NCBI GenBank assembly: GCA_024694365.1
Contig: JAILJX010000099.1
Coordinates: 6,250 to 70,249 of the forward strand
Direction of reading: 5' to 3'
DNA length: 64,000 nucleotides
From: Kiritimatiellia bacterium
Lineage (GTDB): Bacteria > Verrucomicrobiota > Kiritimatiellia > RFP12 > UBA1067
Part shown: piece by piece, positions 1 to 6,538 of the stretch
Numbering within the stretch: the stretch's first letter is position 1
Layout of the letters: each line of letters begins with the position of its first letter
Made by a program: the position numbers and the translations under genes
Notes under the pieces: generated by a model
Databases searched by the model: none
Told to the model about the DNA's origin: nothing
What the model saw: the letters and a program-made list of their open reading frames with translations, nothing else

Positions 1-966
1 GCACGCGGTCTTCACGAGCGCGAACGTCTTCGCGAGAAGCGGAAGCTCGTGCCTGCAGTAGCCCGCATCGAGCGCCTGCCGCGCCATTTCGCCGTCGAGG
101 AACCCCTTCTCGCCGGCGGCGACCTTCGCGGCGTCGGCCTCCAGCGCGCCGGCGTCGCCCGCAGTGGCGGGAGGCAGCGCGCCCTTGAACTCGGGCGCGG
201 TGTTCTCCAGCCTGAAGATGATGTCCCTGAGCCTTGCGGCGAACGCCGCCCTGTCCATGCCCGTCGAGATGGTCACGCTGTTTCCGCGCCCGGACCTGAA
301 AGTCACCGTGCGCGATTCCGGCGAGCCGCCGCCGGAGCCGTCCTCGACGTCCGCGAGCATGGCCTTGGCGATGGCGATGGCGTTCTTCCTGTCTTCGGCC
401 GTCTCGACAGCCACGGTGTCGGTCAGGACGGACATAGCAAGGCTCAGGGATTTGTTCGCCGCCGTTGCGCGGCTGGCGTCGAGCGAGCCGTTCACGGCGT
501 TGCGGACGGCCTCAAGATCCTTCACTTTGGCGGACGATACGCCGGCCTTGAGCTCGGACGAAGTCTTGACGGTATGTCCGCCGGTCGCGAGGTTGATCGC
601 ATCGGCGTTCCTGTCGAGGATCTCGCGCACCATCTGCCTGCTCAGGGGCTTTATGCTGCGTTCCTTGAGAGACTTGTCCCTCGCACCCTCCGAGGAGAGG
701 CCGATCTGCCTGCGGATGTTCTCGAGCTCCCCGCCGGCGACTCCGCTCTCGGCGAGGCTTTTCACGAAAGCCTCCTTTATCGCGAGAACCTCCGAGTGGG
801 AGAGGGAGACGGAATTCCTTCCCGTGAGAGTGACGTGGTTGTTGATCTTCGCCAGGGAGTTCCCGTCCTTGAGGGCGATCTCGCCGGCATTGTAGCGGCC
901 TGACGAGACTTTCTGGAATTCCGAGATGGATATGTTGAGATTGCCGAGATTTATTCCGTTTGACAT
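1..966 (-). CDS. hypothetical protein, N-terminal 322 codons (gene continues past the left edge)
   Basis: Reverse-strand ATG at 966-964 opens an uninterrupted frame down to position 1 (MSNGINLGNLNISISEFQKVSSGRYNAGEIALKDG...AIAIAKAMLADVEDG...). Its composition looks natural, whereas the listed ORFs here (49..903+, 164..895+, 512..1117-) are Arg/Pro/Ser-rich shadow frames. It is absent from the ORF track because it has no stop inside the window. No family recognised. Confidence 0.6.
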   Translation of the reverse strand, partial: MSNGINLGNLNISISEFQKVSSGRYNAGEIALKDGNSLAKINNHVTLTGRNSVSLSHSEVLAIKEAFVKSLAESGVAGGELENIRRQIGLSSEGARDKSLKERSIKPLSRQMVREILDRNADAINLATGGHTVKTSSELKAGVSSAKVKDLEAVRNAVNGSLDASRATAANKSLSLAMSVLTDTVAVETAEDRKNAIAIAKAMLADVEDGSGGGSPESRTVTFRSGRGNSVTISTGMDRAAFAARLRDIIFRLENTAPEFKGALPPATAGDAGALEADAAKVAAGEKGFLDGEMARQALDAGYCRHELPLLAKTFALVKTAC

Positions 967-1125
967 TTCTTTTTTCCTTAGCTTCAAGCTCCTTACACGC
1001 GACACGGGCGAAGGTTACAGCCTCATCGCGCACGCAGACGCTTCTGGGGAGATTATAGCAAATCCCCACGCCATGCACAACCGCCGCCGCAGAGGAAGGC
1101 GCGTGATTTTTTTTCAATTTTCGGC

Positions 1126-1154
1126 TTGCAAAAAACGCGGTTTTCGGTTATCAT
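1126..1154 (+). promoter_or_regulatory. sigma70-like promoter candidate for the H1-like gene
   Basis: TTGCAA (1126-1131), 17-nt spacer, TATCAT (1149-1154), about 70 nt upstream of the ATG at 1228. Pattern match by eye only. Confidence 0.4.
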
Positions 1155-1227
1155 TTCATCAGAAACCCGGAGGCAGCGCGTCGCCCTGGCGTGCGCCGGG
1201 AATCAAACACAAACAAGGATCAAACAA

Positions 1228-1473
1228 ATGGCTACAGCTAAAAAGGCACCCGCGAAGAAAGCTCCCGCCAAAAAGGCGGCCGTAGCGGCGAAGAAGGCCC
1301 CCGCGAAGAAGGCGGCTCCGGCGAAGAAGGCCCCCGCTAAGAAGGCGCCCGCGAAGAAGGCCCCCGCGAAGAAGGCGGCCCCCGCGAAGAAGGCGCCTGC
1401 GGCGAAGGCGGCTCCGGCGAAGAAGGCGGCCCCCGCGAAGAAGGCGCCTGCGAAGAAGACGGCGAAGAAGTGA
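1228..1473 (+). CDS. histone H1-like / AKKA-repeat nucleoid-associated protein (81 aa)
   Basis: MATAKKAPAKKAPAKKAAVAAKKAPAKKAAPAKKAP...KKTAKK is almost entirely Lys/Ala/Pro, built from (P)AKKA(A) repeats as in bacterial H1-like proteins (Hc1/AlgP type). AAGGAT lies 8 nt upstream of ATG 1228. The track start at 1126 is a TTG inside the putative promoter. Confidence 0.8.
   Translation: MATAKKAPAKKAPAKKAAVAAKKAPAKKAAPAKKAPAKKAPAKKAPAKKAAPAKKAPAAKAAPAKKAAPAKKAPAKKTAKK
1237..1470 (+). repeat. degenerate tandem 15-18 nt coding repeats (GCGAAGAAGGCSCCC-like)
   Basis: Visible reiteration of gcgaagaaggcggcccccgcgaagaaggcgcc units through the whole H1-like ORF. Confidence 0.8.
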
Positions 1474-1503
1474 TTGATGCGCGGCCCGATGCGCCGCTTG
1501 GGT

Positions 1504-1537
1504 CGCGCTGGCTTCAAAACCAGCGCGCCCTTTTTTT
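1504..1537 (+). terminator. rho-independent terminator after the H1-like gene
   Basis: 8-bp GC stem cgcgctgg/ccagcgcg (1504-1511 / 1520-1527) with an 8-nt loop, followed by ccc and a T7 run (1531-1537). Confidence 0.7.
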
Positions 1538-1539
1538 CA

Positions 1540-2590
1540 TCAGCCTTCGAGGATCACATCCATGACGTCTCTGCCGATCTTGTCGACATCCTCGGCGGTT
1601 ATCGTCTTGACGACGGGCTTGCCGGTATCGCCGAGAAGCGGATTGAAGCGGCGGCCGACGGGATCGAAGACGGACAGCGGGCGAACGGTTCCCACGAGGT
1701 TTTTCTTCACGTCCGCCGCGACTTCGTCCCACTTTTCGATGTCGGGATTCTTCGCGACGAGGGCGGTGATTTCGCGTCCGATGCACTGATCGAGAGCCTG
1801 GTCCTTGTCGTGGGTGGCGACGGGACCGTTGCCGTCGACGGGGATGTTCGTGAGCCTGAATTCGTCCAGGCCCGTGGTTTTGGCCTCGATGCAGGGCCAG
1901 GAGCCGGCGACGGTGCGGCAGAATGCTTCGAACTTGTCCGATCCCGCACGCGCGGCGTCGATGCATACGTCGAGCGACGAAACGACGAAGGCCTTCAGGA
2001 CGCGGTCTATGTACTCCTTGATCTGCCTCTCGGGATTCTCCAGGTCGTCCAGATTGGCGAACTTGTCGCCGCCGATGATGTTTTCGCCGATGTGCAGGCT
2101 CATGCCGTACTTCTCCAGCATGTAGTCGGCCACCATCTTGATGTTTTTGAGAGGCCTCAGCGAAAGAGTTCCGTCGTCGTTCCGCGCCTTGAGCACGTAC
2201 TCCGCGCTTTATCTTCTCGCCGTACTTGTGCGCGACGATCTTCATGCCGGGGAACCAATGCTTCGCCTGCTTCGCCGTCTGCTCCGTCATGTGTTCGTCG
2301 TAGGCGCGGACGGTATCGGGGAGGACGGTGCCGTTGGTGACTTTGCGTCCGTTCTTCTTGGCGTAGGCGAGAACCTTCGGGTCGGAACGGCGCTTGGGGT
2401 CGAGACGGTGGAGGTCTAGGCGGTCGTTTATCTCCTGTTCGGGAGTGTAGGCGGCCTTCGCGTCGATACGCTGGAGTTTGGAGGCTTCGGAACGCACGGG
2501 GCTGCGCCCCGCACCCTCGGCAGAGACGGGTGCTTTGGGCGCGGAGAAAAGGTCGTGATCGGCGTCCTCGATGAGGTCGGGATTTATTGA
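1540..2590 (-). pseudogene. frameshifted gene of unknown function
   Basis: Two consecutive minus-strand frames look coding. Frame A runs about 2590-2205 (NPDLIEDADHDLFSAPKAP...HWFPGMKIVAHKYGEKIK). Frame B runs 2196-1540 (VLKARNDDGTLSLRPLKNIKMVADYMLEKYGMSLHIGEN...VMDVILEG*). Frame B is closed by TAA at 2211-2209, so a 1-nt indel near 2198-2212 separates the halves. Frame A has no clean start codon. This could also be an assembly error. Confidence 0.45.
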
Positions 2591-2591
2591 T

Positions 2592-2741
2592 TCAAGCCTT
2601 CCGCTCGCCTTCTTGGGCGTCGAGGTCGGCAATCCTCGCGGACGCCTCGTCCTCGCACCCCGTGGACTTCTGCACCCTCCTCCGCCCCGCGCCGACAAAC
2701 ACCTCCATCCACCAGTATCTTCCGCGCTTGTAGATAGCCAT
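2592..2741 (-). pseudogene. 49-aa remnant resembling the N-terminal (arm-binding type) end of a phage integrase
   Basis: MAIYKRGRYWWMEVFVGAGRRRVQKSTGCEDEASARIADLDAQEGERKA* matches the common integrase N-terminus pattern M-x-I/L-Y-K-R-G-x-x-W-W...G-x-R...ST, but it stops after 49 codons and no catalytic domain follows. Confidence 0.35.
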
Positions 2742-3252
2742 TTCGACCTCCGTTTACCCTTATTACTACTACATTTACTACTACACTCCGTCACGCCCGA
2801 CCACTGTGACACCCCTTGTTTCATTGGTTGCCTTCGCATGGCTAGAACAGGCGGCTTCGTTCTAGCAAAAGGTATTATTCACCACGAATCGCGGCAACAC
2901 CCGATGCCCAATGCCCAGCGCCGAGTTTAGAGGACTACGAATGGCGCCCGCTGAACGGGATTGCCGAGCGGGAGGGTTGCGCAACATTCTACACGCCTAC
3001 GCCCACATCAGAATAAGCCCATTGATGTCAACTGAGACCCGGCGTCACTGGCGCACCCGCCAGGGTTTGTTTCCGTACTAGTTTCAGAAACCAGATATCT
3101 GGACTTGATATATCGCGTAGAAATATTCCATACTGTACGGCACGAATTCGCTGTGGCGCACCATCTTCATCTTTGCAGAAAAAGAAGAAAGTTTGGATGA
3201 GCCTGCCGCGCTTTTCGTAAGATTCATCCGGAAGCCAAGAAAGGAGCAGCCC

Positions 3253-3708
3253 GTGAAGAGATGCAGATGCAAAAGCGAAATATGGAACCTGATACTGGAA
3301 CAGGAGGCCTCAGGCAAGTCGAAGGCGGACTTTGCCGCTGAACGTGGCATCCCTGCCAGTACATTCTTCTACTATGCAGCTCACAAAAGCCGTTACGATC
3401 CCATCAACATAAAGCCGAAAAGCCAGGGTAAGCGATACCACGGCAGACCATTGCCGCGCGTCCGGACCTGGGGCGACCGCCTGACGATTCATGAGCGCCG
3501 CTGCCTGGCGGTAGGGATTCTCCTCCACGAATCAGAGATGGCCCGACTCTATTACAGCAGACCCTTCACCGTGAGCGCGGGTGCTTTTGCGCTGGCAGAG
3601 TATGGCCTTTATCCAAGCAAAAAAACAATCGCAGGAATGCTGGTCGGGCTAGGAGTTCTGCCGGCGCAAGGAAAGGAACATGAAAATGGCAAAGTGTCTA
3701 ACGCCTGA
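3253..3708 (+). CDS. small HTH-domain protein (transposase OrfA-like HTH), paralog 1
   Basis: GTG 3253 is preceded by AAGGAG (3241-3246). EIWNLILEQEASGKSKADFAAERGIPASTFFYY is an HTH-like segment. It is a clear paralog of the next ORF. Confidence 0.6.
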   Translation: MKRCRCKSEIWNLILEQEASGKSKADFAAERGIPASTFFYYAAHKSRYDPINIKPKSQGKRYHGRPLPRVRTWGDRLTIHERRCLAVGILLHESEMARLYYSRPFTVSAGAFALAEYGLYPSKKTIAGMLVGLGVLPAQGKEHENGKVSNA

Positions 3709-4087
3709 AGAAATATGGCAGCTCATCAAAGAGCAGGAGGCCTCCGGAAAATCAAAGACCGCATTCGCCGCAGAGCGCGGCATCAGCGCTCACCGGATGC
3801 GCTCCTATGTAAGGAACCGCTTCAAGTACGATCCGCGCTATGCGGATTTTCGTCCGAAGCGCCGCTCTGCCAACAGGAAACCCAAGGGGCCGATTAGAAG
3901 CAATAGAATGAGGCGGTTCATGTGCGCAGGCATTCTGTTCTACGAAAACCGCGACTCCATCAAGTATGTCGGACATCCGCTGTCGTTCAAGAACTGCGTC
4001 GGCGTGCTGAAGCAGAACGGCTACAGCCCCAATGTCGAATTCATCCGGGAGACGATGCAAAAGCTGAGCATCCCCGTGGTGGGATAG
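3680..4087 (+). CDS. small HTH-domain protein, paralog 2
   Basis: EEIWQLIKEQEASGKSKTAFAAERGISAHRMRSY plus ...RRFMCAGILFYEN... align with paralog 1 (EIWNLILEQEASGKSKADFAAERGI..., RRCLAVGILLHES). Overlaps paralog 1 by 29 nt. Confidence 0.6.
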   Translation: MKMAKCLTPEEIWQLIKEQEASGKSKTAFAAERGISAHRMRSYVRNRFKYDPRYADFRPKRRSANRKPKGPIRSNRMRRFMCAGILFYENRDSIKYVGHPLSFKNCVGVLKQNGYSPNVEFIRETMQKLSIPVVG

Positions 4088-4117
4088 GAAGGAACTGGCA
4101 GAATAGGCCGCTCGCCG

Positions 4118-5020
4118 TCAGTCTTTGTAGGTGTGGTTTATGCTCGTGAACACTATGCGGCCGACCTCGATTCCTCCATCCGGCGAAACCGCAACCGTCA
4201 AGCTCGGCGCCGCCTTGTGGGCGCTGCCCGTCAATCTTACGATGATGTTCCTGCATATCTCTTCGCGAGCGCCTAGGCTCTTGTCAAGAGTGCCCAGCAG
4301 CAGGTCGAGCCAGACTCTCAGCGTCTTTGCCATATCCGGGCATTCACGCTTGTCTCCGTCCACCGGGTGATTCCCCAGATAGAGCATCCACACGCACTCG
4401 CCCGGAGCGTCAACCCAGAATGGCTGATCGCCCAGTTTTCTGCACGCCTCGGATATCTCCCGGTGGATTCCATCGATTTGCTTCTCTACATCATCTCCGG
4501 CCCCACCCCGGATGAGAGAGAAGCTAAGCTCCTTCTCCGGCGCCCCCATCAGCGGATCGCCGTTCGCAGAGGGCTCTTCAATCGCGTCTTCCGCGTCTTC
4601 GCCTCCATCCTCGCCCCACTGCCTTGCAAAGACAATCCTCGATGCTTCATCGCCCCCGTAAGCAAAGCGGGCAAGGCTCAGGAATGGGGACGCGTAGTCG
4701 CCTGCACTCTCCAATTCGATTTCAACCTCGCGGCTGTTCTGGCCGTCGGCCTTGAGCGAGTCCTGAACCTCCATCACCTGCATAAGGAACCATCTCTTGA
4801 CGACGTCTTCCATGGCGTCGTATCCGCATATGTCGCCGCCCTCGGGCCGGCCGAGGAAATACTCGAACCAGGAACACTTGCCCTTGTCCGTCGGCCTCAC
4901 TTTGTTCCCGCCAAGCGCCTTGCACGCCCGGATGATCTTGTCTTGCGAGGCTCCGATCTCCTTGAAGTATTCTTCAGGGGTCTCGCAGAGCGATATTGTC
5001 ACTTGCACAGTCTTCTTCAT
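4118..5020 (-). CDS. hypothetical acidic protein with internal domain duplication
   Basis: 300-aa ORF. Its halves align by eye (ACKALG..GKCSWFEYFLGRPEGGD..ASRIVF versus ACRKLG..GECVWMLYLGNHPVDGD..VGRIVF). No family recognised. Confidence 0.6.
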   Translation of the reverse strand: MKKTVQVTISLCETPEEYFKEIGASQDKIIRACKALGGNKVRPTDKGKCSWFEYFLGRPEGGDICGYDAMEDVVKRWFLMQVMEVQDSLKADGQNSREVEIELESAGDYASPFLSLARFAYGGDEASRIVFARQWGEDGGEDAEDAIEEPSANGDPLMGAPEKELSFSLIRGGAGDDVEKQIDGIHREISEACRKLGDQPFWVDAPGECVWMLYLGNHPVDGDKRECPDMAKTLRVWLDLLLGTLDKSLGAREEICRNIIVRLTGSAHKAAPSLTVAVSPDGGIEVGRIVFTSINHTYKD

Positions 5021-5275
5021 TCAATGGCTCCCGTTACTTGGATTCGACGCCAGGGAACATCCGGCCCGGCCGGACAAGCACGGCAACGGGGCGCAGATTG
5101 CGCCCCACTCAGCCTCCGGACTCCCTCTGGGCGGTTCTTGCAGCCTTGCCATCTCGGCCCTTTTGCCATATCGACCCTGGTTTCAGTTTCGAAATCGCGT
5201 ATATTTTACCACAATCGCCACCGTTTCACAATGGCGATCGCCCCTCCACCCGAAAAATACCGGTCCAACAGCTAA

Positions 5276-5313
5276 CGACCTCCGTTCCGCACGGCAGCAC
5301 GGAACGGAGGTCG
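5276..5313 (-). terminator. strong stem-loop downstream of the sigma-like gene (no clear U tract)
   Basis: 14-bp arms cgacctccgttccg / cggaacggaggtcg, 23 nt after the stop at 5336. Confidence 0.4.
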
Positions 5314-5335
5314 GCGCGCTTCCCACGCCAGGGCA

Positions 5336-6115
5336 TTACAGCTCTACCATCTTACCCTCGAAGCCGCCGAATTTGACGGCCTTCTCCTGTATGAGGCGCC
5401 AAGCCTTGCGGCGGAATGTGTTTGCAGACGAGTATCCATACCAGTCCGCAAGCTGCTCGAACGAAGCGCCCTGCATGCGGGACTCGAACATCACTTGCTC
5501 ATGGTACGTAAGGGACATCATGAAGTTGAGGTAATCCATCCTGAAGTACAGCCTGCGGAATCCTCCGCGGGAACGGTCCTCCAGCATCTCTTCGGAAGCC
5601 AGGCCGCGGGCCTGGGCCTCGACGATATCCATGGTCGTGATCGGCACGAGTCTCGCCGTGCGCTTCTGGGCGCACTCCTTGCGGTGTTCGTCTATGAGAT
5701 AATGCTCGATGGCTTCAATGAGATACGTCGAACGCTTTGTCCCCACCTCGGGGTTGAAATACGGTAGCGCCTTCAGCGCCGCATACCCCATTGCCGCCTC
5801 GTGGCATGTCCTGTCGCACGGCTGGATGCAACCCAACGCAACCAGAAGATTCGACTTTTTGCGGATGTAACCGGAAATCTCCTCGAGCGCCACTAGCTGC
5901 TCTGCCTTGCTTATCGTGAGACATGCGTCATTTTCCCGTCTGCTCCATCCGCTTTTGAGCGTACCGGCCGGGCGGCTTTCGCTTGCGCGCTTATGACGGA
6001 CAAAGGCCCCGCAAAGAATCTCCTCCAGCTCTGGCTCATGGCTGAAGTTCTCAAAAGCGGCTATTTCCGCAGCCTTTGCCGCAGCGGCGCGGCGGTAGTT
6101 CATGTGGTCGCTCAT
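5336..6115 (-). CDS. sigma-70 family-like factor (region 2 and region 4 like segments)
   Basis: STYLIEAIEHYLIDEHRKE resembles sigma region 2. The C-terminal LTYHEQVMFESRMQGASFEQLADWYGYSSANTFRRKAWRLIQEK resembles the region 4 HTH. ATG 6115 lies 2 nt after the stop of the upstream small ORF; the track start 6124 is a GTG. Confidence 0.55.
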   Translation of the reverse strand: MSDHMNYRRAAAAKAAEIAAFENFSHEPELEEILCGAFVRHKRASESRPAGTLKSGWSRRENDACLTISKAEQLVALEEISGYIRKKSNLLVALGCIQPCDRTCHEAAMGYAALKALPYFNPEVGTKRSTYLIEAIEHYLIDEHRKECAQKRTARLVPITTMDIVEAQARGLASEEMLEDRSRGGFRRLYFRMDYLNFMMSLTYHEQVMFESRMQGASFEQLADWYGYSSANTFRRKAWRLIQEKAVKFGGFEGKMVEL

Positions 6116-6117
6116 GA

Positions 6118-6321
6118 TCAGCACACTCCATGAAGCATCTGGCGTTCAATCTGCAAATAGACCCACTCCGTCCGTCTGGTGATCGAGAGGCCATTGCGCC
6201 TCGCACCCCGACAAGAAAACATCGGCCGCTTTTTCAGCGCCTCGACGTTTTCCACCTCCATGCGGGAACTTATAAGCCCCGCGCCGCCGATATGTCTGAC
6301 GGTAATTATCGTCTTTTTCAT
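6118..6321 (-). CDS. small hypothetical protein (67 aa) coupled to the sigma-like gene
   Basis: MKKTIITVRHIGGAGLISSRMEVENVEALKK.... Its stop sits 2 nt before the sigma-like ATG. No family recognised. Confidence 0.4.
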   Translation of the reverse strand: MKKTIITVRHIGGAGLISSRMEVENVEALKKRPMFSCRGARRNGLSITRRTEWVYLQIERQMLHGVC

Positions 6322-6468
6322 TTTTTATTCCTTCCAGGACTCCGCGCGTTCCCGGACATCGGGTTCGTCACATCGAGTCTTCAAAAGTGCGGTATATTGG
6401 GGGCAAAAAGGCAAAAAAACCCCAACTGAAGCAAGCCGCAGACACGGCTTTTCAGAAGAAAAAGACAA

Positions 6469-6497
6469 CAAAAAAAGCGAATCCTCAGAGGATTCGC
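6469..6497 (-). terminator. rho-independent terminator ending the giant-gene operon
   Basis: On the minus strand gcgaatcctc-t-gaggattcgc is followed by T7 (plus-strand A run 6470-6476), about 40 nt after the stop at 6539. Confidence 0.7.
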
Positions 6498-6538
6498 TCA
6501 ACTATAAAAAATTTTATCTTTTTTTGGACGTTGTGGTT

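Noticed and set aside
49-1117. Listed ORFs 49..903(+), 164..895(+) and 512..1117(-)
   Set aside because: Their translations are Arg/Pro/Ser/Gly-rich low-complexity strings, typical of shadow frames in GC-rich DNA. A better minus-strand frame (1-966) with normal composition and an ATG start explains the region.
1514-2839. 441-aa ORF on the minus strand
   Set aside because: It is a chimera. Only its middle third (about 2205-2590) looks coding. The N-terminal part overlaps a better small ORF in another phase, and the C-terminal part is the Arg-rich alternative phase of the 1540..2196 ORF.
2840-3190. Possible tRNA or att site in the 350-bp gap next to the integrase remnant; likewise in 56344-56704 and 58034-58495
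   Set aside because: No cloverleaf-compatible sequence (acceptor stem plus a GTTC-type T-loop) could be found by eye. Only simple hairpins are present (for example 2841-2866). This needs tRNAscan-type confirmation.
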